In this document: positions 1-9,672 of the stretch, piece by piece
Layout of the letters: each line of letters opens with the position of its first letter
Position numbering within the stretch: position 1 is the first letter of the stretch
DNA from: Candidatus Marinacidobacterales bacterium
Lineage (GTDB): Bacteria > Acidobacteriota > Vicinamibacteria > Marinacidobacterales > SMYC01
DNA length: 64,000 bases
Direction: 5' to 3'
Assembly: GCA_965224085.1 (NCBI GenBank)
Contig: CBDCYI010000005.1
Location: 160,001-224,000, forward strand
The notes under the pieces: generated by a model
Told to the model about the DNA's origin: nothing
What the model saw: only the letters and a program-made list of their open reading frames with translations
Database searches by the model: none
Translations under genes and position numbers: made by a program

Positions 1-232
1 TCTCGACGCGGACGAGGGCGTCGACAGCGTCACCGTTACGTTGACGCCCCGCGAGCGTGAAGTGCTTCAGCTGCTCGCCGAGGGTCGCTCGGTCAAAGAG
101 ATTGCCGCGATTCTCGACATCTCGCCGCGCACGGTCGAATTCCACAAATACAACATCATGGAGAAGCTCGGCCTGCGAACGACCGCGGAGCTCACTCAAT
201 ATGCCATCAAGCATGGCGTCGTATCGGTCTGA
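1..232 (+). CDS. NarL/FixJ-family response regulator, C-terminal LuxR HTH (5' partial)
   Basis: LTPREREVLQLLAEGRSVKEIAAILDISPRTVEFHKYNIMEKLG is a classic LuxR HTH; frame is open back to the window edge. Confidence 0.93.
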   Translation, partial: LDADEGVDSVTVTLTPREREVLQLLAEGRSVKEIAAILDISPRTVEFHKYNIMEKLGLRTTAELTQYAIKHGVVSV

Positions 233-317
233 GATATAGCTATCGCCTATTTCCGTACGGCTCGAAGCTCGCGCGTCCAATTGAGCCCGAGGCAGACGTT
301 TCCGCGGACACGTTCGC

Positions 318-359
318 TGTGGAAAACTCCAACAAGTTGTGTGGAAAACCTGTGGAAAG
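318..359. promoter_or_regulatory. Three co-oriented DnaA-box-like 9-mers
   Basis: TGTGGAAAA at 318-326 and 340-348 (reverse complement TTTTCCACA fits TTWTNCACA) and TGTGGAAAG at 351-359 (one mismatch). Confidence 0.55.
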
Positions 360-929
360 CGGCGTCACTTGAGTGACGGCGGAGCGACATTTGGACGTGA
401 GAAAAAATTCAGGATTTCGCCCAGGGCCATAGTGCGGATCGGAAAGACCGGTACTGAAGATATAGAGGCTTCGAAGCAATCCGCTTGGGCGCTGCCTGCC
501 CCGTGAGCCAGGGTGCCCTCGTCGCGTCGAGTCGCCATGTGTGTCTGGACACAGTTGAAACGACGGTGGCGGTTCGCCGACACGGTCAGCCGAACCACGA
601 TACCGCACAAATGCAGACTTTTTCGACCCTCCTTGTTTGCGCATGATGCGCGCAAACACTTCGAGACACTTTCGAAGTCTCCATAAACGTTGGGACATGA
701 TTGACGCTTCGATGACGTAAGCAGAGACGCACCGCTGGCGGTGCTTGAAACATTTTGCGACTTGCTTCAAATAACCTGTAAAGGAAAAAGAGGAGCCGAC
801 ACGTTTTTTCAAATGTGTCCGGAGCGACTTTGTCCGGACGAAGTTGGCGTTTCGCGACAACTGGATCCGAGTGCGAGGCGGCGGCCGTTTTTGCTGGCGG
901 GGGACATTGCTGGTAGTCTGGGTCGAGCG

Positions 930-1166
930 ATGAGCACTGAGAATGACACACAACAGTTGGAGCGCGCGATCGATGAATTGGTCGACGAGTATCGCCACCA
1001 GTGTCTCTGGTTCCTTCGCTCCGATTTCTATCCGAAGACGGTCGACCAGAAGCTGCGTACACTGAAGTACATCGAGCGGTACGGCGATCGCACGGCTTAT
1101 CGCAAGGCGGCTGAGGTCCGACAATGGCTCTTACAGAGTTCCAACGAGACGTCTGCCGGCTGCTAG
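930..1166 (+). CDS. Small putative antitoxin (78 aa) upstream of NTase toxin
   Basis: ATG at 930, MSTENDTQQLERAIDELVDEYRHQCLWFL...IERYGD; overlaps the downstream NTase gene by 43 bp. Confidence 0.65.
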   Translation: MSTENDTQQLERAIDELVDEYRHQCLWFLRSDFYPKTVDQKLRTLKYIERYGDRTAYRKAAEVRQWLLQSSNETSAGC

Positions 1167-1942
1167 CGCAGAATAGAGTCGCCGCCGGCGAGGCCTATCT
1201 TGCCGGGGGCGCTACGCTCAACGAGCTCATCGCGTCGTCTCGGATTTCGCGGGATGTCGACCTTTTCCACGATACCGAGGAGGCTTTGGCGGCCACCTGG
1301 GAGGCGGACCGGCGCCTGCTCGAGACCAGCAGATTTTCCGTCACCGTGCTTCGGGAACGCCCCGCGTTCGTCGAGGCGAGCGTCGAACAGGGTGACGCGT
1401 CTGTGCTGCTTCAATGGGTGAGGGACAGTGCTTACCGTTTTTTTTCCCTCGTCGAGCACGAGGAGCTAGGACTCGTGCTCCATCCGTTCGACCTTGCGAC
1501 GAACAAAGTCCTTGCGCTGGTGGGTCGACTGGAAGTCCGTGACTGGGTCGATGTGATCGAGTGCGACGCCGCGATACAACCTATGGGCTACCTCATGTGG
1601 GCAGCATGCGGCAAGGATCCCGGCTTCAGCCCGGCGGCGATTCTGGAACACGCCGGACGATCGGCGCGCTACTCTGCAGATGAGGTCCTGGAGCTATCCT
1701 TTGCCGGCGACCCGCCCGATCCTGGCGAGCTATCGAAGAGATGGCATCACTTGCTCGACTCCGCCGCGAAAGTGATCGAGCTTCTTCCCGCAGAGGAGGC
1801 TGGCAAATGCGTTCTCACACGGAAAGGTGCTCTCTACCGCGAAGGCGTCTCAGAGCTACGGGAGGCATTACGTCGCGACGAGATCGTGTTCCATGCGGGA
1901 TGCATTCGCGGTGCCTTTCCGCGTGTCCTCGACGACCGATAA
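1124..1942 (+). CDS. AbiEii/AbiGii-like nucleotidyltransferase toxin
   Basis: YLAGGATLN...RISRDVDLF (GG...RxSxDxD) and NKVLALVGRLEVRDWVD (K...R...RD) motifs. Confidence 0.8.
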   Translation: MALTEFQRDVCRLLAQNRVAAGEAYLAGGATLNELIASSRISRDVDLFHDTEEALAATWEADRRLLETSRFSVTVLRERPAFVEASVEQGDASVLLQWVRDSAYRFFSLVEHEELGLVLHPFDLATNKVLALVGRLEVRDWVDVIECDAAIQPMGYLMWAACGKDPGFSPAAILEHAGRSARYSADEVLELSFAGDPPDPGELSKRWHHLLDSAAKVIELLPAEEAGKCVLTRKGALYREGVSELREALRRDEIVFHAGCIRGAFPRVLDDR

Positions 1943-1957
1943 GGCAAGACCGGCGAA

Positions 1958-2362
1958 TCAATACTCCACGCTCAGCCGAAATCGAACTCCGGCCGCTTCC
2001 GCGGCTTCGAGCACCGCGCGCATCGCGTGGAGACCATCGCGGATGGCCGCGGCCTCTCTGACTTCGTCGGGATTCTCATCGAGGAAGTCTTGGATGGCGC
2101 GCACCACCTCGAGGCCGCTCGCGCAGGAAAACCAACGTCCCGTCGAGTCACCAACGGTGGGGGCGTCGAATTTCATGTCCGCGGCAAGCGTTTCCGCTTC
2201 GGCGTGCGAGAATGCGACGAACTCGCCGAGACCGGGAAGACCCATTTCATGCGCCGCTGCGTCCAATGTGTGACGCTCGGCAGCGAGCGCGCGCCCGTCG
2301 ACTTGACGCGGGTCGATCCCGTCGAGCTCGCGCTCCAAAACGACGACATATCCGAGTCCCAA
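1958..2362 (-). CDS. Hypothetical protein
   Basis: 134 aa ORF with GGGAGG RBS before a TTG start and protein-like composition. Confidence 0.7.
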   Translation of the reverse strand: MGLGYVVVLERELDGIDPRQVDGRALAAERHTLDAAAHEMGLPGLGEFVAFSHAEAETLAADMKFDAPTVGDSTGRWFSCASGLEVVRAIQDFLDENPDEVREAAAIRDGLHAMRAVLEAAEAAGVRFRLSVEY

Positions 2363-2381
2363 ATGTTCCTCCCGATGATGG

Positions 2382-2588
2382 CTAGTCCTCTACCGGGGCA
2401 CGGCGTTTGAGCTCCTCCGCCCAGTTGAGAACGAGGTGGAGCCGCGCCGGTCCAGACTCGCTCTCACCTTCGACCATCAGGAAGCGCTGGCCGTCGGGCG
2501 ATACGTCGTAGATTGGTGCAAAGACCCGCCCAGAGACGATCTCACATCGGCCCAGTCTTTTTCCCGATGCGAGCGTCACAACCGGCAA
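2382..2588 (-). pseudogene. Internally deleted Ser/Thr kinase / beta-propeller gene (N- and C-termini fused)
   Basis: VTLASGKRLGRCEIVS resembles the kinase N-terminus (TL..GTRLGPYEI); YDVSPDGQRFLM...LHLVLNWAEELKRRAP resembles the C-terminus of the same family. Confidence 0.75.
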
Positions 2589-2690
2589 ATGATGTCACAT
2601 TCGATCGCGACGTCAAACAGAGCGCTTTACGAATCTGGAGGTTCGTCTTCGCGATGCTCAGGTCGGCAGGATCGAATAGGATAAGCGGGT

Positions 2691-3665
2691 ATGAAACGCT
2701 GGCTGCTGGCTCTATCGCTCGTCCCGCTCGGGGGCTGCGCCGATTCGGGTCCCGCCGGTCCTACGACCGTTAGTCGGGATCTATCCGCGCCGGCCGCATC
2801 TTTCGGCTTCGTTGCTGGTACGAGCTTGAGCTTCGTTTCTGGGGAGACCGGTCAGCCCGTGCCAGGGGCGCGCGTCGTGATTGCGGGCCGCGATTTCGTC
2901 AGTGACGGCGCCGGTCGGGTCTTGCTCTCGGAGCTCGCTTCGAACGGCGCGACGGTGGATATCCAGGCAGACGGCTTTCTCGATAGGAAAACGCTCGTGC
3001 GTCAAAGTGAGGTCACCATCTTCGAGCTCTGGCCTTCCGATAGCCCCACCCGGATGGACGCGGACTATTCGCGCGCTCTCGTTTACGATAGTGCCACGCT
3101 CGAGAGCGCGGGTGCGCCCGAGCCCATGGATCGTCCCAGCCTCGATACTCCTCGTGTGACCTTGATAGCGGACGGCGTCCTTGCAGGCGACGAGCGCGCG
3201 ATGGTCGCCCTCCGGTCCGCTGCTCTCGAGCTCACCGACGCGCTTCGAGGTGCAATCGTTTACAACGTTGGCGACGATCCATCGGCGATGCCCGTTGCGC
3301 TCACGGTCGAGCCCCAGAATCCGCAGATCGTTTCGGAAAACCTCAGGGCCCTGACCCGCTGCTGGCGCTCCCGTCTCGTCATCACGCGGTGCGAGATTGT
3401 TTTCAAATCGGTCGAGGTCGCGCGCTCGGACACTGCGCTACACGAGCTCGGGCACACGTTCGGCCTCAACCACTCTCCGGACCGGCGCGAGATCATGGGG
3501 GTGCGCCGCCTCGCCGCGCCCGAGCGTTTCTCACCACGCGAGCGGCTCGTAATGGCGATGATGTTGAAACGGCTTCCCGGTAACCTATTCCCCGACAACG
3601 ATCGACAGGCGCCTGCCTTACGGGTGTCGCAAAACGTCAGCACGGTGGTATGTCGGCATCCTTGA
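2691..3665 (+). CDS. Lipoprotein metzincin (matrixin-like) metallopeptidase with N-terminal beta-sandwich
   Basis: Lipobox LGGC; HELGHTFGLNH (HExxHxxGxxH) followed by Met-turn EIMG. Confidence 0.85.
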   Translation: MKRWLLALSLVPLGGCADSGPAGPTTVSRDLSAPAASFGFVAGTSLSFVSGETGQPVPGARVVIAGRDFVSDGAGRVLLSELASNGATVDIQADGFLDRKTLVRQSEVTIFELWPSDSPTRMDADYSRALVYDSATLESAGAPEPMDRPSLDTPRVTLIADGVLAGDERAMVALRSAALELTDALRGAIVYNVGDDPSAMPVALTVEPQNPQIVSENLRALTRCWRSRLVITRCEIVFKSVEVARSDTALHELGHTFGLNHSPDRREIMGVRRLAAPERFSPRERLVMAMMLKRLPGNLFPDNDRQAPALRVSQNVSTVVCRHP

Positions 3666-3695
3666 GCCAGGTTTCAAGGGTTCAGGGGACGTTGT

Positions 3696-4410
3696 TCAAT
3701 CCTTCCTTCTTGCTGTGAAGGCTATTCTTCCTTCGAGGAGTTTCTTGTTGCCGTAGGTTCGGCTCGTCTTTGCTTCGAAGCCTTTGACGTCGAGCTTTCT
3801 TAGCGCTTCGGCGCGACGACACAGCTCTACTTCGTGGACTTCGGTTTGACTGTCGGTAGGCTTTGCCTATTTTCCGGAAGGTTGTGATCTTTCTCCTCAG
3901 CAACCTGTGCCTCGAGTGGTCTTCGACCTCCATCATCAGAGCCCAGTCTTTGCCTTCGAAGTGGCGGCGCGCGCTCCAGCTCGGTCCGAGCTCCGGTAGA
4001 TCGAATAGGAAAAGGCCGCCTGGCCGGAGAGCGTCGTACACCCGTCCGAACAACGTATCGAGGTCTCGAGCGCTGTCGGAGCAGTAGCTCAGGACCTCGC
4101 CGATGGCGGTGACGGCGTCGCATTGAGGGAGCTCGGCTCGGTACAAAGACACAACGTGAAAAGGTGCCGAGGGGACGCGCCGGCGCGCGTACTCGATGAG
4201 CTTCGAAGAAACATCGAAGCCCACGACGTTGTAGCCGGCTTGCGCGAGCCCAGCTAAGAAGACGCCGGCACCGCAACCGAGATCCACGACGCCGCCGGAA
4301 TCGACACCGGCATCTCGCAGGATCGTGACCACGCCCATCGCAGCGTCGCTGGCGAAGCCGCCAAAGGCGACTTCCTGGATGTAGGCGAGGTCGGTACCGT
4401 AGTGGGTCAA
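3696..4410 (-). CDS. Class I SAM-dependent methyltransferase, frameshifted near 3845
   Basis: VVDLGCGAG and LRPGGLFLFD motifs; a natural-looking C-terminus (TEVHEVELCRR...RIAFTARRKD*) continues in another frame to the stop at 3696. Confidence 0.85.
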
Positions 4411-4598
4411 GCGTTCCAGATTTCTGCAAGCACCCGCTCGAAGTTGCCGCCCAAAACGAGCTCGATATCCCGATCGCTATAGCCGCGCCGGATGAGACCT
4501 TCCTTCAGATCGAAGACTCGCTTGGGGTGTGCGAGCGCGTCGGGTAGGAGCGGGAGGCTTTTCAGAAACTCGCGTCGGGTTCGCGATTTCGAGGTCAT
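4407..4598 (-). pseudogene. Internally deleted Tat-exported membrane dipeptidase (M19) mini-gene
   Basis: Tat motif TRREFLK fused in frame to HPKRVFDLKEGLIRRGYSDRDIELVLGGNFERV, the M19 C-terminus. Confidence 0.8.
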
Positions 4599-4680
4599 GG
4601 GACGAGATTGTCACCCAATTCGGGCCAGGAGCCAAGCCGATTCGATGGCAACGCGGGGCACGGGTTGATATCCTCATCGC

Positions 4681-7120
4681 GTGTTCTGTCGACGCACGGA
4701 CCCCGGAACTGCTCTCGCCTTCCTCTTCTTGCTCGTGACGCCAGCAATCGGCCAAGAAGCCCCGGAAACGCCCGCTCAACCGGAGGCAGCACCGGTCGCG
4801 ATCCCTTTGGCGGTTGTCGCGCCTCGGGCGGAGGAGCTCGCCGCCAACTTGCGCCGTATCGAAGCGCTCCTCGAACCGAGCGTTGAAGTGGCTGCCATCG
4901 AAGCCGTGGTGTCCGCGCAGGCCGACACCTTCGTCGAGCTTCGGCGTGAGCTCGATGACCTCGACTCCTCCGAGGTCTCGGTGCGCATGCTCGACGACCA
5001 TCGCCTGGCGTGGTCGGAGCAGGACGCGATGCTCGCGGACGGGCTGTCTAGGCTGCAGGAACGGTGGCAGAGTCTTACGCATGAAGGTGAAGAGCTCGAT
5101 GAGACGAAGCGTCGATGGATCGCGACGCGGGAGAGTGCGATCGCCGAGGACGCGCCCACGGAGATGCTCTCGCATATCGATACGCAGCTCGAGAGGATCG
5201 CTGAAGTAGAAGCGAAGCTAGAAGAACGAGGCGTGGCGGTGGCCGCTGTGCTCGCCCGCGTGTCGCGCAGCCGGGAGATTGCGCTCGAAGGCCTCGCGCG
5301 GCTCAGCGACTTCGCCAAAGATATCCGCCAGCGTTTGTGGATCCGGGACGCCCCACCGTTGTGGAAATGGACGGTCTCGACAGAAGGGAGCTCGCTTTCA
5401 GAAGAAGCCGAGAACGCGCACCGCTACTGGCTCGACACGCTCGTCCACTTCGTGAGCGCCCGGCAAGGACCATTCTTGTTTCTAGCCGCTCTCTTCCTCG
5501 GCTTTCTTCTCGTGGGCGAAGTCGCTAAGCGCCGCAGCAGCACTTGGCCCGCCGAGAACCATGAGCTCGACGCCGCGCGATTCGTTGTCTCGCGGCCCAT
5601 CTCGATGGCGGTCGCGTTCACTTTGGCTCTAATGGTTTTTGTTCTGAACAACCCGGCCGGGCCGATTTCCGACCTTATCGTGCTCGTCGCGATAGCACCT
5701 TTCATTCGTCTCGGGACGGGCCTTTTCGCTCCGATAGCCCACTCGGCGCTCTACAGCTTCGGAGTCCTATCGCTCCTGAATCGATTCTGGACGCTGACAC
5801 CGGATGGCTCGTTCCTGCGCCGGCTCTTGCACTTCGTCGTCACCGCGCTCGCCCTTGCCGTTGTCGGCTGGCTGATCGCGCGCTGGCGCTCGGCCGACGA
5901 GACGAAATCGAGTCGTTGGTGGTCGTTCGCCTGGATGCTTCTCGCGACAGCAGGCGTGACGCTCACTGTCTCCTTGATTGCTAACTTCCTCGGATGGACC
6001 AATCTTGCACTCGGGTTGACGGATAGCACGATCCAGGCCGGGTTTTCCGGGATCGCGTGGACGGTTGTTGTCCTGGCACTCAGAGCACTCGTGCCGGTCG
6101 TGGCACGGAGTCAGCTCGGGGTGACGCTACCGAGTCTTTCGCGACACAGCGAGATGTTCACGCGCGCTACGTTTAGAATCGCCGCCGCCTTGGCGTTTGT
6201 CTTCTGGACCCGAAGCGTGCTGCGCTTACTTTCAGCTCCTGGAGCCGGCCACGGAAAAACTTACGACGATGCTCACGGCGTCGGTGTCGTTTGGGGGCCT
6301 CGAAGTTTCGGCGGGTCGCGTGTTGGCGTCCATCTTCATTTTGGCGGCGACGTGGCTTCTGGGACGCACGGCGCGCTTCGTACTTCGTGAAGAGATTTTA
6401 CCCCGCGTACGCTTGCCGGAAGGTGCCGATCACTCGGTCGTCTCGATCATCAACTATCTGATCTGGGGCAGTGGGCTCGTTCTTTCGGCGGCGGCCGCGG
6501 GTCTGAGCGGCACCCAGCTCACCGTCGTCTTCGGCGCGCTCGGTGTCGGCATCGGATTCGGCCTCCAGTCGATCGTCAACAACTTTGTCTCCGGGCTCAT
6601 CTTGATTTTCGAGAGACCGATCAAGGTCGGGGACCGCGTCCAAACGGCCGACTATTTCGGTATCGTCACCGGCAACGGTATCCGGGCGAGTACGATCCGG
6701 ACATTCGATGGCGCGGATGTCGTCGTCCCCAACGGGGATCTCGTTGCCAAGGAGTTCGTGAATTGGACCCGCACCGACCGGACGCGACGAGCTGAGGTAC
6801 TCGTCCGTGTCGCGCTCGGTACCGACCCCAAGCAAGTGCTATCCATCTTACAACGCGTGGCGGAGCGGGAGAAGATTTTGGCAAACCCCAAGCCTACCGC
6901 CTTGATGACGGGTTTCGGCGAAAGCTCGCTCGATTTTCGTTTGCTGGTGTGGACGCGGATCGAAGACTACATGACGGTGGCGAGCGACCTGCACGTTGAA
7001 GTCAATGACGAGCTTAAGCGCGCCGGCATCCGCATCCCGATCCCGCAACGAGATCTTCACCTGCGTGCGGCCGACAGCGAAAAACTGGAGGATGTGGTCG
7101 CGGAACCGACGAAGAGCTAG
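4681..7120 (+). CDS. Large MscS-family (MscK-like) mechanosensitive channel, frameshifted near 6222
   Basis: Periplasmic coiled coil and multiple TMs in 4681..6220, then GALGVGIGFGLQSIVNNFVSGLILIFERPIKVGD and IPIPQRDLHL in the second frame. Confidence 0.88.
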
Positions 7121-7241
7121 CGCGGAAAGCTGCCTTGCGGACGCAAGCCATCCGGCCCGCGGCGGGAGCAAGGTCGCTTGGTGTACTGAGTGGTGGCAAT
7201 CTGAATCTTATCTGCTCAACGAAATATGACGTGGAACTAGA

Positions 7242-7568
7242 ATGGTCAGCATAGTCGTCTTCGTCACGATGCTCCTCGCCGTAACGGTCGCTTCGATTCG
7301 CTCGGCGCATTGGAGACGCCGTCTTCCCTTTGTCGGCGCGGCCGCCCTCGCGTTGGGAATAATGGTGTTCGCCTTTTTCGTTTTCGCGCCGAAGGACTAT
7401 CTCGTGCGGTGGCCTTCTCTATCCTCCTGGTTCCATCCTTTTCAGCTCGTCTGGTACTCCGGTCTTCTGTGCCTCTTCGGCGGCGGGATTCTCCTGGGCT
7501 CGGCGGTCAGGCGAGTGTTTCGACCGCATGGCAGCGTGCGTTCTCGCGACACAGAACTGAGAGGCTAG
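7242..7568 (+). CDS. Small membrane protein (about 3 TM)
   Basis: 108 aa hydrophobic ORF, convergent with the VWA gene. Confidence 0.6.
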   Translation: MVSIVVFVTMLLAVTVASIRSAHWRRRLPFVGAAALALGIMVFAFFVFAPKDYLVRWPSLSSWFHPFQLVWYSGLLCLFGGGILLGSAVRRVFRPHGSVRSRDTELRG

Positions 7569-8581
7569 GGCCGCAACGAGCTCAGCCCGACGAAAGCGCC
7601 GCCGTTGTCGCGGCACAGAAGCCGCATCAGTGTCGCGAAGCGAACGCCCGTGTTCTCCTGAAAGCCGATGCGCGAGAACATGACGGGAAAGCCGATGGAA
7701 TGGATGCGCACGAGTCGATTGCCGTTGCGGTCTTTCTTGTTGATGCGGTCCACCGTGTCGACGACGGATTCCATCGAATCGCCCGTGAACTCGTCGCCGA
7801 AGACGTAGAGGCTTATTTTCTTGTTCGGGGAAGCGAAGGCGCTTATGGCGCGGGTGATCCCTTCCACGGGGCTCGAGTTGCTGAACGGGGCCCATCCGCG
7901 CAGTCGGTCGAGAATGATGCGGCGCCGGCCCGGAGTATCGGGGATCCATTTTCCGGAATAGTTCCGGAACATGTATTGACCCATATCGTTCATGACCTGG
8001 ATGCCTTTGACCTTGGGATAGACGTTCAGGACTTCTTCCATCTTCTTCACGACGAGCGGCCATGCATAGTTGTGCATGCTTCCAGAGGTGTCGATGATAA
8101 AGATGATGTACTCGCTGTCTACGGGTATGCCGCCAATCGTCGCATCGGTTTTGGGGCGACGATAACTTCGTCCGAGAAGCCTCTGCATCTCGGCGGTGAG
8201 CTCTTGCTGGGCGGCGAGAAGGCGCCCTTCGACGATATTGTTGATCTCCGAGAGCTGCTCGGTGGCGGCATATTCTCCTTGGATTTTGGAGAGGTCAGAA
8301 CGGAGGCGCGCGATGGCTTCGCGCTCGGTCGATACTTGCTCGACTTTCGTTTTCAGATCCCTCTCGAGGACATTGGTCTCGCCGCGGATCTCGTAGAGCT
8401 CTTCTTGAAGCTTGGCTACGAGTCCCTCGAGCTCCGTGCGAATGTCCTCTAGGGCTCGAGGCTCACCAATCTTCGTGAGCACGAGAAGCAGAATGATCGC
8501 GCCAAAGCCACAGCAGATGACGTCGAGGAAGGAAAGACTGAAACCGTCGAAGTTCCGGTTTCTTTTTCTAATGGTCTTCAT
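7565..8581 (-). CDS. TM-coiled-coil-VWA protein B (ExbD/MotB-like TM Asp)
   Basis: Start MKTIRKRNR at 8581; TM FSLSFLDVICCGFGAIILLLVL; MIDAS DTSGS. Confidence 0.85.
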   Translation of the reverse strand: MKTIRKRNRNFDGFSLSFLDVICCGFGAIILLLVLTKIGEPRALEDIRTELEGLVAKLQEELYEIRGETNVLERDLKTKVEQVSTEREAIARLRSDLSKIQGEYAATEQLSEINNIVEGRLLAAQQELTAEMQRLLGRSYRRPKTDATIGGIPVDSEYIIFIIDTSGSMHNYAWPLVVKKMEEVLNVYPKVKGIQVMNDMGQYMFRNYSGKWIPDTPGRRRIILDRLRGWAPFSNSSPVEGITRAISAFASPNKKISLYVFGDEFTGDSMESVVDTVDRINKKDRNGNRLVRIHSIGFPVMFSRIGFQENTGVRFATLMRLLCRDNGGAFVGLSSLRP

Positions 8582-9672
8582 GGCCAGTCTTTCGAAGGAC
8601 TGACGAAGGCCCCGCCCGAGAAGAGAGCGAGCTTCCAAAACGCACTCGCCGCCGCGGGGTCGCCTTCCATGGGAAACAAGATGACGTTGATTGGGGTGGA
8701 GTCGCGGAGCTCTTTGACAGCTTCGTTGAAGAGCTTGATACGGTCCCGTCCCGATATCGTTGCACGCCGAGGTAGTCTCTGACCTTGGGTAGGGAGGCCG
8801 TCTGTCAGCAAATAAATATTGTCGGGCGCGGGCCGGAGCGATCGGATCGAAGCAAAAGCCTGATAAAGGTTCGTGCCCCCTTCGGGAACGATCCCTCGCA
8901 CCCGCACGACGGCTTCGTCGAGCGCTTCTCGGTCGCCGCCATCGAGCCACTGGGCGCCTTTGTCGGGAACCACTGAGCTCGACTTGGTATTGAAGGCATA
9001 AATCTGAAAGCGGCTTTCCGTTGGGATCTGCGTGGTGAGCCAATCCACTGTGGCGACGGTTTGCCGCCACTTTTCCGAGTTCTGCCGGATCTCGACCGTT
9101 TGGTTGCGCCGCCTCAAGACATTGACGACGGTTTCATCGATCATGCTCGCCGAGGCGTCCACGAGGATGAGGATGCGGCGGCCGCCGACTTTCAACCCCG
9201 TGAGATATTGACGGTCACCGTCGCCGACGAAGGTCCGCAAGCGATCCCCGGGGGTTTCCTCGCTTTTCGCCGCGGCGGAGAGTCGCTTGACCTCTTCCTC
9301 GAGCGTCTTGAGGTCCGTCTTTAGCTTGTTGACGTGTTCTTTCTTGGCGAGCGTCGAGTCTTCGTAAGTGGCCAGCTCCTCTTGGATGGTGGTCAGCGTC
9401 TCGAGCAGCCGGCGGGAGAGTCCCGAGGCGACGATGTCCTCCTGATCGATTTCCAGGATCGAGTTTCGAAGCTCCACGAGCTTGACGTAGCCTTCGAGGA
9501 CTTCCTCTTCGAGGCGGTTCACCTCGCCGTGAAGGTCGGCGCTCATACGGCCCGAGACGCGGCCGAAACTCGCATTGACGATCATGTAGAAGAGCACGAC
9601 GGCGCCGAAACCGCAGGTCATCGCGTCCAGAAAAGACAGGCTGAAGACGTTCAAGCGGCGGCGGCGAGCCAT
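8578..9672 (-). CDS. TM-coiled-coil-VWA protein A (ExbD/MotB-like TM Asp)
   Basis: MARRRR; TM FSLSFLDAMTCGFGAVVLFYMIV; MIDAS DASAS, GGT, LTDG. Confidence 0.87.
   Translation of the reverse strand: MARRRRLNVFSLSFLDAMTCGFGAVVLFYMIVNASFGRVSGRMSADLHGEVNRLEEEVLEGYVKLVELRNSILEIDQEDIVASGLSRRLLETLTTIQEELATYEDSTLAKKEHVNKLKTDLKTLEEEVKRLSAAAKSEETPGDRLRTFVGDGDRQYLTGLKVGGRRILILVDASASMIDETVVNVLRRRNQTVEIRQNSEKWRQTVATVDWLTTQIPTESRFQIYAFNTKSSSVVPDKGAQWLDGGDREALDEAVVRVRGIVPEGGTNLYQAFASIRSLRPAPDNIYLLTDGLPTQGQRLPRRATISGRDRIKLFNEAVKELRDSTPINVILFPMEGDPAAASAFWKLALFSGGAFVSPSKDWP

Noticed and set aside
895-911. Sigma-54 promoter TGGC...TTGC
   Set aside because: GG-to-GC spacing is 11 nt rather than the required 10
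240-1124. 294-aa minus-strand ORF
   Set aside because: No recognisable motifs; spans regulatory-looking DNA and lies antisense to the antitoxin
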